From Alphaproteobacteria bacterium (GTDB lineage Bacteria; Pseudomonadota; Alphaproteobacteria; UBA8366; Aestuariispiraceae), in the NCBI GenBank assembly GCA_040217575.1, contig JAVJPW010000008.1, positions 139,787-203,786 on the forward strand: a stretch of DNA of 64,000 nucleotides, read 5' to 3'. How positions within the stretch are numbered: position 1 is the first letter of the stretch; each line of letters opens with the position of its first letter. Shown in pieces: positions 55,852-64,000 of the stretch. The notes under the pieces were generated by a model, which saw only the letters and a program-made list of their open reading frames with translations, was not told the DNA's origin and searched no databases. The position numbers and the translations under genes were made by a program.

Positions 55852-57182
55852 TGGCAAAGCGGCTTCCGAAGGATCCCGGCCCCGCGGCCTGGAACGAAAT
55901 TCTTCCCGCTGCGGAGCCATACCCGTCCCTTGGGGCGAAGACGACTGCGGACTGGCTTGTGGTGGGCGCGGGCTTTGCGGGGCTGTCCGCGGCGCGGCGA
56001 TTGAACCAGATCCGGCCGGGCGACCAGATCGCGGTGTTGGAAGCATCGCGCGTCGCCCACGGTCCTGCCGGCCGAAATTCCGGTGTGATGGTCGACCTGC
56101 CCCATGACCTGGCATCCGACGATTATGGCGGGACCACAGAAGTCGACCGGATACAGATTCAACAAAACCGCGCCGCCATCGACTTCGCCTGGGATGCGGC
56201 GCGGGAATACCACATGCCCGAAGAAGCGATACGCCGGTCCGGCAAGATCAATGCGGCGGCCACAAAAAAGGGCACGCGCCATAACCGGGACTATGCCGAA
56301 CATCTGCGCCGTCTGGGGGAACCAAGTGAGTTTCTGGATGCCCGGCAAATGCAGGAAATCACTGGATCCACGTTTTTCGAAAGCGGGCTCTTTACGCCGG
56401 GTACCGCGATCCTTCAGCCGGCGCTCTATATCCGTTCCCTCGCCGCGGGGTTGGTTTCGAACCGGGTCAGGATTTACGAACGGTCCCCGGCTCTGTCCCT
56501 GAACCGTGAAAACGGCACCTGGGTTGCCCGCACGCCGGACGGTGCGGTCTATGCGCCAAAGGTTATTCTGGCGGTAAACGGGCATGCCGAAAGTTTCGGC
56601 CTTTATGCCGGCCGCCTGATGCATGTCTTCACTTATGCCTCCATGACGCGTGCGCTGACGGCGGCAGAGGTAAAGCGTCTTGGCGGGCGTCCGAACTGGG
56701 CCGCAACCCCGTCCGACCCGATGGGAACGACCGTGCGCCGTATCTCGGGCGTTGGCGGCGACCGCATCGTAATCAGAAACCGTTTTACCTTTGACCCGTT
56801 GATGGAAGTAAGCGACGCGCGCATCCGCGACGTGGGCCGCAACCACGACCGGTCTTTTGCCGCGCGTTTCCCCATGTTGAACGGGGTCGCTATGGAATAC
56901 CGCTGGGGCGGGCGCCTCTGCCTTAGCTGGAACAACGTTCCCGCCTTTGGTGAGGTTGAAGACGGGCTTTATGCCGCCTGTTGCCAAAACGGGCTGGGCA
57001 CCACGAAAGGAACGTTCGGCGGCATGATGGCGGCCGAACTTGCGGCAGGCCAAAAAAGCGATGCGCTGGATACGATCCTGAATCAGGACGGGCCCAGAAA
57101 ACTGCCGCCTGCGCCCCTGTCCACCATCGGTGCGACCGCTCAGATCCGGTATCGCGAATGGATGGCCGGGCGGGAGCTATAG
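55848..57182 (+). CDS. FAD-dependent oxidoreductase (DAO/PuuB-like)
   Basis: VVGAGFAGLSAA, GPAGRNSG, YRWGG, CQNGLG. Confidence 0.88.
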   Translation: MMAKRLPKDPGPAAWNEILPAAEPYPSLGAKTTADWLVVGAGFAGLSAARRLNQIRPGDQIAVLEASRVAHGPAGRNSGVMVDLPHDLASDDYGGTTEVDRIQIQQNRAAIDFAWDAAREYHMPEEAIRRSGKINAAATKKGTRHNRDYAEHLRRLGEPSEFLDARQMQEITGSTFFESGLFTPGTAILQPALYIRSLAAGLVSNRVRIYERSPALSLNRENGTWVARTPDGAVYAPKVILAVNGHAESFGLYAGRLMHVFTYASMTRALTAAEVKRLGGRPNWAATPSDPMGTTVRRISGVGGDRIVIRNRFTFDPLMEVSDARIRDVGRNHDRSFAARFPMLNGVAMEYRWGGRLCLSWNNVPAFGEVEDGLYAACCQNGLGTTKGTFGGMMAAELAAGQKSDALDTILNQDGPRKLPPAPLSTIGATAQIRYREWMAGREL

Positions 57183-57200
57183 AAGCCCGCTATCACGGTC

Positions 57201-58712
57201 TTACGCGAACGTATCCTTGAACCGATCGCGCAGCATGTTCTTCTGGACTTTCCCCATTGTGTTGCGCGGCAGTTCGTCCAGCGTGAAATAGGCCTTCGGC
57301 TGTTTGAACCGGGCAAGCGACCCGGCAATCGACTTTTCAATTGCCGCCGTATCCGGACCTGCACCGCCGTCCGGGACCAGGACCGCAACCACCCCTTCGC
57401 CGAAGTCGGCATGGGGTACGCCGACGACCGCCGATTCCTTCACCCCGGGTTGGTCGTCCAACAGCAATTCGATTTCCTTCGGATAGATATTGTACCCGCC
57501 GGAAATGATAAGGTCCTTCGACCGGCCGACGATCCGTACATAACCATCCGAACCGATCTGCCCCAGATCGCCGGTGCGGAAGTACCCGTCCGGACGAAAC
57601 TCCTCCTTCGTCTTCTCCGGCATGTTCCAGTATCCCTTAAAGACGTTGGGACCCTTCACCTCTATCTCCCCGACATCGCCGTCGGGCACGGCAGCGCCCG
57701 TTTCCGGATTGACGATCCGCAGGCTGACATCCGGCAGAGGGAAGCCGACAGTTCCGGCCTTTCTTTCCCCATCGTAGGGATTGGACGTGTTCATATTGGT
57801 TTCCGTCATCCCGTATCGTTCCAGGATACGGTGCCCGGTCGCCGCTTCGAACTGTGTGTGAACCTCTGCCAGAAGCGGTGCGCTTCCTGAAACGAACAGC
57901 CGCATGTGGGCGGTCAGTTCCTTCGTAAAACGCGGGTCACCCAAAAGCCGGGTATAGAAGGTCGGAACGCCCATCATCGACGTTGCCTTGGGCATCATGT
58001 CGATCATCTGGTCCAGGTCGAATTTCGGCAGAAAGATCATCGATCCGCCGACCGACAGCATCACATTGGTCGCGACGAAAAGTCCGTGCGTGTGGAAGAT
58101 CGGCAGTGCATGCAGCAGCACATCGTCCTTTGTGAACCGCCACAGGTCCGCCAGCGTCAGCGCGTTGGACAGCAGGTTGTCCTGTGTCAGCATCGCGCCC
58201 TTGGACCGACCCGTCGTCCCGGACGTATAAAGGAACGCCGCCAGGTCATCGGGCCCGCGGGCGATTGTTTCGAATTCGGAAGGCGCGCGCCCAACCGTAT
58301 CCGCGAAACTGCCGGAGCCATCTGGATTGAGGGACAGAAAGCGTATTCCGTCACCACCGATTTTTTCCGCCAACGCGTCGATCTTCGACCCATCGCCCAG
58401 TACGACGGACGCACCGCTGTCCGATACGAAATAACCGACCTCATCCGCCGTGTAGGCGGTATTGAGCGGCAGGAAGACGACGCCCGCACGGATGCAGGCA
58501 AAAATCAGTGTCAGCGCGTGCGGCGATTTTTCCAGCTGCAGTGCCAACCGGTCCCCGGGCTTCAGACCCAGGGACGAAAGGGCCGCCGCAAAGCGGCCGG
58601 TCGCGTCGTGGAACTCTCCATAGGAAATGACGGTTCCGTCAGGCAGATGCAGAAACGGCGCGGCACTGCCCGCGGCCCCGGAAAGCAGCTTGTCGAATAA
58701 ATGGTTGGCCAT
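57201..58712 (-). CDS. matB: Malonyl-CoA synthetase
   Basis: YTSGTTGRSKG, LPIFHTHGL, MMGVPTFYTRL, ERYGMTE, PRNTMGKVQK; follows malonyl-CoA decarboxylase. Confidence 0.93.
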   Translation of the reverse strand: MANHLFDKLLSGAAGSAAPFLHLPDGTVISYGEFHDATGRFAAALSSLGLKPGDRLALQLEKSPHALTLIFACIRAGVVFLPLNTAYTADEVGYFVSDSGASVVLGDGSKIDALAEKIGGDGIRFLSLNPDGSGSFADTVGRAPSEFETIARGPDDLAAFLYTSGTTGRSKGAMLTQDNLLSNALTLADLWRFTKDDVLLHALPIFHTHGLFVATNVMLSVGGSMIFLPKFDLDQMIDMMPKATSMMGVPTFYTRLLGDPRFTKELTAHMRLFVSGSAPLLAEVHTQFEAATGHRILERYGMTETNMNTSNPYDGERKAGTVGFPLPDVSLRIVNPETGAAVPDGDVGEIEVKGPNVFKGYWNMPEKTKEEFRPDGYFRTGDLGQIGSDGYVRIVGRSKDLIISGGYNIYPKEIELLLDDQPGVKESAVVGVPHADFGEGVVAVLVPDGGAGPDTAAIEKSIAGSLARFKQPKAYFTLDELPRNTMGKVQKNMLRDRFKDTFA

Positions 58713-58715
58713 GGC

Positions 58716-59975
58716 CTAACCGTCCTTGGGAATGAGCTTGGTCGCCCCGTTGTTCAGCGAGCGGACCTCTTGCGAGGCAACGATCTCACGCGCGGTGGCG
58801 AACCGTTCATGGTTGGCGGAAATGTCCTTCAGGACATAGCGATAGTTGACCATGGCGCCGCCGGACTGGGCCATGCCCTTTTCCGACGTATCGGCCCCGG
58901 CGTGGACCGCATGAATCATGGCCCCGTTGCCCAGGTGGAACCTGGCGACCGGATCCCGGGGAGACCCGTCGTCCCGACGCGCCGACAGAAGATAATGCGC
59001 GCCCAGCGCCTTCAGCCGGTCTGCGTTTTCGACTTCCTTGTCGCAGCCGATTTCCTTCAACCATTTCATCAGGCCGGGGATGGGCGACAGGGTCACGAAC
59101 GTCTTCAGCCCTGGCAGTTCAACCGACAGGTCGGCCACCACCTGTTTGATCAACGAATTGCCGAAGGAAATGCCCGCCAGACCGGACTGGCAGTTGGAAA
59201 TCGAATAGAACACGGCCGTATCCGCCTTGTCCGCCGCAAGAAGTGTCCGGTCTTCGGCCAGGACATTCTGGATCGACCCCGGGACGCCCTTGGTCAGCGC
59301 GACTTCGACAAAGATCAGCGGTTCGTCCGGCATGGCCGGATGGAAGAACGCGAAACACCGCCGGTCCGACGGCTGGAGCCGCCGGCGCAGGTCGTCCCAA
59401 CTGTCGATCGCGTGCACCGCCTCATAGGCAATGATTTTTTCCAGGATATGGGCCGGGGTTTCCCAACTGATCGGTCGCAACACCAGAAAACCGCGGTTGA
59501 ACCACGACCTGAACAGATGCAGGAAATCGACGTCGACTTCCGCAAGCGCCGGATTATTCTTGGACAGTCGGTAAAGGTCCTGGCGCATGGCGACAAGGCG
59601 GCCCGTGGCGCCCGGCACCTGGTTCAAACGTCGGATCAGTTCCTGGCGGTCCGGTTCCGTCGCATCCCGAAGCGCGTTGTAATTCCGTTTCGTCGGATCC
59701 TTGGAATAGGCATCCAGCGCCCCACGGACGGCGGCGGGGTCAACGCTCATCTTCTGCGCCATGTGGGTGAAAAACGCCTGCTTGTCGGTATCTTCCAGGT
59801 CCGCATACCGATCCAGCAGGTGGGTTGCGATGGCACGGCCGGATATTTCACCCTTACTGCCGATCAGTTCGTCGGCAAGGTTTTCGATACCCAGCTTTTC
59901 CAGCCTGCGGTCGGAATCGCCGCTTCGGTAACGCTGTTCCCATATTGTCGATAACAGGTCGGCAAGAAGGCTCAT
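58716..59975 (-). CDS. matA: Malonyl-CoA decarboxylase
   Basis: YEAVHAIDSWDDLRRRL, EPLIFVEVAL, FYSISNCQSGLAGISFGNSLIKQV, TLSPIPG, DPVARFHLGNGA. Confidence 0.95.
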   Translation of the reverse strand: MSLLADLLSTIWEQRYRSGDSDRRLEKLGIENLADELIGSKGEISGRAIATHLLDRYADLEDTDKQAFFTHMAQKMSVDPAAVRGALDAYSKDPTKRNYNALRDATEPDRQELIRRLNQVPGATGRLVAMRQDLYRLSKNNPALAEVDVDFLHLFRSWFNRGFLVLRPISWETPAHILEKIIAYEAVHAIDSWDDLRRRLQPSDRRCFAFFHPAMPDEPLIFVEVALTKGVPGSIQNVLAEDRTLLAADKADTAVFYSISNCQSGLAGISFGNSLIKQVVADLSVELPGLKTFVTLSPIPGLMKWLKEIGCDKEVENADRLKALGAHYLLSARRDDGSPRDPVARFHLGNGAMIHAVHAGADTSEKGMAQSGGAMVNYRYVLKDISANHERFATAREIVASQEVRSLNNGATKLIPKDG

Positions 59976-59978
59976 TTC

Positions 59979-61289
59979 CTATCCATCCATCACAGCACTT
60001 GGCAGCCATGTCGCGAGTTCGGGGAAGATGCACAGGATGATGATCGCCACCACCATGCATCCCACGAACGGAAGTGAGCCTGAAAGAATTGTTTTCAATG
60101 GTATGTCCGGCGCAATGCCGTTGATGACATAAAGATTTAATCCGACCGGTGGGGAAATCAGTCCGATTTCCATGTTGATCGTCAGCACGACCGCGAACCA
60201 GATCGGATCGAACCCGGCCGCCGTGATGATGGGCAGCAGGATCGGCGCCGCCATCAGGATGACCGCGACCGGCGGCAGGAAGAACCCTGCCACCAGAAGG
60301 AACAGATTGACCGCCAGCATCAGGACCCAGCGATTGACATCCAGCGTTCCGATCCATTCGGCAATCGACTGGGTAATGAACAGGCTGGACAGCATATAGG
60401 AAAACACGCCCGCCGCCGCGATGATGAACAGGATCATCACGCTTTCCTTAGTGCTGTCCCGAAGAACCACCCACAGTGCGCGCGGGTCCCAAAGCCGGTA
60501 AATGACAACCGCCATCACCAGACACAAAAGCGCGCCGACCGCGGCGGTTTCGGACGGTGTCGCAACACCGCCATACATGGCGTAGAGCACGCCCAGGATG
60601 ATCAGAATGAACGGCAGAACCCGGGGCAGGATTTCAAAACGCTGACGCCAGCTGTACCGCCCGGCGCTTAACATGGACGCATTACCGGACCGCCAGGTCG
60701 AATACAGTGACCAGGCCATGAAAAGCCCGACCAGCAAGATGCCCGGCAATACCCCCGCCAGGAACAGGCGGCCGATCGATGTTTCCGTCGCGATGCCATA
60801 GACGATCATGGTGATTGATGGCGGGATCAGAATACCCAACGTCCCGCCAGCCGCGATGGACCCGGCCGCCACCCCGTCGGGATAGCCGCGCTTTCGCATT
60901 TCGGGGATGCCCATCTTTCCGATCGCCGCACAGGTCGCGGGGGAAGACCCGGACATGGCCGCAAATAGGGCGCAGGCGCCAAGATTGGAGACGACAAGTC
61001 CGCCCGGCACCCTTGTCAGCCAGCGTTCCAGCGCCTCATACAGGTCCGCCCCGGCGCGGGTGGATGCAATGGATGCCCCCATGATGATAAACATCGGGAT
61101 CGACAGAAGCGCGAAATTGTCCAGCTTGCCGTACAGAATTTCCGGCATCAGTTCCAGCGACCGCGCGCCGTCGAATATCAACAGGAACGCCGCGGAGACG
61201 ATCAGAAGACCGATGGCCACGGACACGCCGGAAAACAGAACGACGATTGTCGCCACCGCAACGATAAGACCAAGCAGAAGGGGGTCCAT
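59979..61289 (-). CDS. TRAP transporter large permease (MatM/DctM)
   Basis: LLSIPMF, MSGSSPAT, GGTLGILIPPS, GLISPPVGLNL; start MDPLLLG at 61289. Confidence 0.93.
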   Translation of the reverse strand: MDPLLLGLIVAVATIVVLFSGVSVAIGLLIVSAAFLLIFDGARSLELMPEILYGKLDNFALLSIPMFIIMGASIASTRAGADLYEALERWLTRVPGGLVVSNLGACALFAAMSGSSPATCAAIGKMGIPEMRKRGYPDGVAAGSIAAGGTLGILIPPSITMIVYGIATETSIGRLFLAGVLPGILLVGLFMAWSLYSTWRSGNASMLSAGRYSWRQRFEILPRVLPFILIILGVLYAMYGGVATPSETAAVGALLCLVMAVVIYRLWDPRALWVVLRDSTKESVMILFIIAAAGVFSYMLSSLFITQSIAEWIGTLDVNRWVLMLAVNLFLLVAGFFLPPVAVILMAAPILLPIITAAGFDPIWFAVVLTINMEIGLISPPVGLNLYVINGIAPDIPLKTILSGSLPFVGCMVVAIIILCIFPELATWLPSAVMDG

Positions 61290-61846
61290 CAGTCTTCCCC
61301 TTCTTCTTCGATGCTGAACGGCGGGTCGATGTTCAGGATAAGGGCGACCAGATCCGCGATCAGTTGCAGCAGCAACAGAGCAAACCCGACCGGAATGGAA
61401 AGATAGGGAATCCACAGCTGGATGGCCCAGACGGATTCGGACTTCCAGCCCCGGTCCCACGCGAAATGCCAGAATTCGAACCCGTACCACAGCATGACCG
61501 CGACCAGCGCGATCGACAGGGACAGCATTCCAATTGCCAGCAGCTTTCGCCGTTCCATGGTCAGCGCCAGCGGAATCAGATCGACATTCACATGGCCGCG
61601 CAGACGCTGGACATAGGGCAGCCCGATCAGCGTCGCCCCAATCACCAGATAGATCACCGCTTCCGTCTGCCAGACTGTCGACTGGTTCAGAACAAACCGG
61701 ACAAAGATCATCTGACAGGTGATTGCGACCGCCGCGACAATCATGCCCGACGCGCACCAGCCGGAAATGGTGGAAATGGTGGCGACCGCCTTCAGGAAAG
61801 CATTGTCGCCGGTACGCGCGATTTTCGCAGAACTGTGACCGGACAC
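61289..61846 (-). CDS. TRAP transporter small permease (MatQ/DctQ)
   Basis: Four TM segments, GHVNVDLI, PLW-type motif LWIPY. Confidence 0.9.
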   Translation of the reverse strand: MSGHSSAKIARTGDNAFLKAVATISTISGWCASGMIVAAVAITCQMIFVRFVLNQSTVWQTEAVIYLVIGATLIGLPYVQRLRGHVNVDLIPLALTMERRKLLAIGMLSLSIALVAVMLWYGFEFWHFAWDRGWKSESVWAIQLWIPYLSIPVGFALLLLQLIADLVALILNIDPPFSIEEEGED

Positions 61847-61885
61847 ACCAGACCTCCCTTACCGAGCGACCGCAGAAGAAAACGA

Positions 61886-61915
61886 AAGGGGTGGCACAAG
61901 ACCGAGCCACCCCTT
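61886..61915 (-). terminator. Hairpin/attenuator after dctP
   Basis: AAGGGGTGGC-N10-GCCACCCCTT followed by TCGTTTTCTT on the minus strand. Confidence 0.6.
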
Positions 61916-61926
61916 GCCGTCAATGA

Positions 61927-62913
61927 TCACTCAACGGCGAGCGCCATGTCCAGAAGTTCCTGGCCGTTCGGCACTTCTTCTAGGAACGCCGCAAAGGACG
62001 TTTCCTGGGCGATTGCCAGCCATGCATCGAAGTCGGCGTCGCTCATTTCGGCGATTTCGACCCCGTTCTCACGGAACACCTCAACCGATTCCGCGTCCTG
62101 ACGTTTGGCTTCATCCAGGTAGTACTGTTCGGCCAGCGCGGCCCCTTCCAGAAGGGCGGTCTGCTGTGCTTCCGTCAGCCCTTCGAAGGTCGACTTGTTC
62201 ATCAACAGCGGCTGATACATGAACCACAGCGCAACATCGCTCGCCGGGGTGTAGCAGGACACCTGCTCGTAGATCCGGTAGGACACAAAGGACGAAGACG
62301 ACGTGTTGGCCGCGTCGAGGACACCGGTCTGCATGGCGTTATAGATTTCGGACGACGCCATGGACGCGATCGACGCGCCGGCCCCTTCCAGCATCTGTTC
62401 GAACGCCTTGCCGGCAGCGCGGGTCTGGAGGCCCTGGACGTCTTCCGGCGACGTGATGCAGCCATCGACACCCGCAAAACCGCCGGCCAGGTAGCCATGG
62501 ACCAGGACCATGACATCGTCTTCGGCCATGATTTCTTCCAGCGCATCCATGAACGGCGAATCGACAAGGCGGGCCGCGTGGTCATGGTTGCGAACCATGC
62601 CCGGCATCAGGGTCAGGTTATAGGCCGGGCGCTGACCGCCGGCATAGCTCAGGGGGAAAACGGTCATATCCAGCTGACCGCGGCTCAACGGGCTGTACTG
62701 TTCGCGCGGCGCAAAAAGGGACTTCGACGGATAAATTGTGATTTCCAGATCGACATCGGCTTCGGCGACATAATCGGCAACCATCTGGGCCACTTCATGC
62801 CGGACATCGCTGGTCGACCACTGGTGCGACAGACGCAGTTCCGTTGCCAAGGCCGGCGTCGCAAAGGACGCCGCGGTAAAGGCCGCTGCCGCGGCTAGGG
62901 TACGAATTTTCAT
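61927..62913 (-). CDS. TRAP substrate-binding protein (MatP/DctP)
   Basis: Signal peptide MKIRTLAAAAAFTAA, LRLSHQW, IYPSKSLF, SSEIYNAMQTGVLD. Confidence 0.93.
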   Translation of the reverse strand: MKIRTLAAAAAFTAASFATPALATELRLSHQWSTSDVRHEVAQMVADYVAEADVDLEITIYPSKSLFAPREQYSPLSRGQLDMTVFPLSYAGGQRPAYNLTLMPGMVRNHDHAARLVDSPFMDALEEIMAEDDVMVLVHGYLAGGFAGVDGCITSPEDVQGLQTRAAGKAFEQMLEGAGASIASMASSEIYNAMQTGVLDAANTSSSSFVSYRIYEQVSCYTPASDVALWFMYQPLLMNKSTFEGLTEAQQTALLEGAALAEQYYLDEAKRQDAESVEVFRENGVEIAEMSDADFDAWLAIAQETSFAAFLEEVPNGQELLDMALAVE

Positions 62914-62995
62914 GGGAACCTCCCTCATGTTATATTGTCGTTCTTATCGATACTGCCCAATGAATTGCCTAAGCGTGCATATCAAGTCAAGTGTT

Positions 62996-63005
62996 TTGTA
63001 TACAA
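62996..63005. promoter_or_regulatory. MatR-type GntR operator TTGTATACAA
   Basis: Perfect 10-bp palindrome in the dctP/gntR divergent region; matches the TTGTATAC core of rhizobial MatR sites. Confidence 0.8.
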
Positions 63006-63051
63006 TCTTTGCCGTTTGGTATTCTGAAAAGAAATGTGATAACCTGACCCC

Positions 63052-63696
63052 ATGGAACCGAAGCGCGCCGACATCATTGCCAACGAAATCGAAAGCCTGA
63101 TTTTTTCGGGCGAATACGGTGACGGCGATCGTCTGGACGAACATGATCTGGCGGAACGGTTCGGGGTTTCCCGGACCCCGATCCGCGAATCGCTTCAGCG
63201 GCTGGCATTTTCCGGGCTGGTGGAACAGATCCCCCGGCGAGGGGTCTTCGTGCGGCAGCCGACGCCAGTGGAATTGATGGAGATGTTCGAGGTCATGGGC
63301 GAACTGGAAGCGTCCTGCGGGCGCCTGGCCGCAAAGCGCATTTCAGATTCCGCGATTGAGGAACTGCGCACGGCCAACCACCGCTGTCGCGATGCGATGG
63401 AGGCGGCCGATACCGACCGCTATTATGCGGAGAACGAGGTGTTTCACACCACGATCTATCGCGAAAGCGGCAACAGTTTCCTGGACGGGGAAACCCGGCG
63501 CCTGCATCGACGTCTGCGGCCGTTCCGCCGGATGCAGCTTCGCCTGCGGGGGCGTATGGCGGAATCCCTTCGCGAACATGAAGCCGCAACGGACGCGCTG
63601 GCCGCCGGCGACGCCGACATGGCGGCAAATGTCCTGCGTGGGCATGTCTCCATCCAGGGTGAGAAGTTCTACCACCTGATCGCGAAACTGAAGTAA
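63052..63696 (+). CDS. matR: GntR-family regulator of malonate genes (MatR-like)
   Basis: LAERFGVSRTPIRESL HTH, FCD domain; divergent from mat operon with cognate operator. Confidence 0.82.
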   Translation: MEPKRADIIANEIESLIFSGEYGDGDRLDEHDLAERFGVSRTPIRESLQRLAFSGLVEQIPRRGVFVRQPTPVELMEMFEVMGELEASCGRLAAKRISDSAIEELRTANHRCRDAMEAADTDRYYAENEVFHTTIYRESGNSFLDGETRRLHRRLRPFRRMQLRLRGRMAESLREHEAATDALAAGDADMAANVLRGHVSIQGEKFYHLIAKLK

Positions 63697-63724
63697 GCCC
63701 GTCCGCGGTTCCGCCGAAAACCGG

Positions 63725-64000
63725 CTAGTCAAAGACACATCGCGGAAAATAGAGCGTCACGACGTTCACCGGCCGGTTGACCATTTCACTGATACACAGG
63801 TCCCCGCAAACACTGCACAGCAGATAGGCGTCCATCGCGTCCAGACCATGATCCCGCTGCAGAAGGTCGATCATCTGCAATGTCGCCAGCCGGGCGGCTT
63901 CGACCAGATCCTCGTTCACGCCGCAGGTACCGTAATAGCCTGCTGAATCCAGATGCCGCGTCACCGGCCCCGCTGTCACGAATTGCGGGCCGGTCAGGCG
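63725..64000 (-). CDS. Acetamidase/formamidase family protein, C-terminal part (5' truncated)
   Basis: DLVEAARLA..MIDLL...GL...AY.LCSVCGDL.ISE.VN.P...V.LYFPR. Confidence 0.8.
   Translation of the reverse strand, partial: RLTGPQFVTAGPVTRHLDSAGYYGTCGVNEDLVEAARLATLQMIDLLQRDHGLDAMDAYLLCSVCGDLCISEMVNRPVNVVTLYFPRCVFD

Noticed and set aside
282-63979. Numerous long antisense or alternative-frame ORFs in the track (e.g. 282-1331, 2062-3561, 27772-29622, 39954-41714, 47364-48935, 58701-59954)
   Set aside because: They shadow well-supported genes on the other strand or frame, are Arg/Pro/Gly-rich, lack family motifs and are expected in high-GC DNA
1-64000. CRISPR arrays, rRNA, tRNA, transposases
   Set aside because: No regularly spaced repeats, cloverleaf or rRNA signatures, or DDE/integrase motifs recognised by eye; a tRNAscan/Infernal run would be needed to exclude short RNAs

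Overview
64 kb of a GC-rich alphaproteobacterial chromosome (gene content suggests Rhodospirillales-like, probably marine; inference). It carries housekeeping and catabolic genes: end of phoU-phoB, a stand-alone formate dehydrogenase alpha subunit, pyk with a divergent IclR regulator, ubiX, DUF952-pyrD, a TipF-like EAL protein, a MoxR/DUF58/DUF4159 operon, a CCA-adding enzyme and a peptide/opine-type ABC system with two divergent paralogous binding proteins. It also has a large uncharacterised catabolic block (dipeptidase-like, DUF3726-like, DHDPS-like, ALDH, non-pyrrolysine MttB, two SDRs, FAD oxidoreductase) and a malonate (mat) cluster. The standout is a ~9.7 kb minus-strand cluster (12009-21718) of intact short-tailed-phage genes: major capsid, tail tube A/B, a small ejection-like protein, tail fibre, putative small and T7-like large terminase, and a 3TM holin. 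It sits between housekeeping genes. No integrase, replication, repressor, portal, scaffold or endolysin gene is recognisable in the window, but it keeps an operator-rich promoter and internal terminators. This reads as a domesticated podovirus-like element and a candidate non-RcGTA gene transfer agent; that interpretation is inference and needs testing. No rRNA, tRNA, CRISPR array or transposase was seen.
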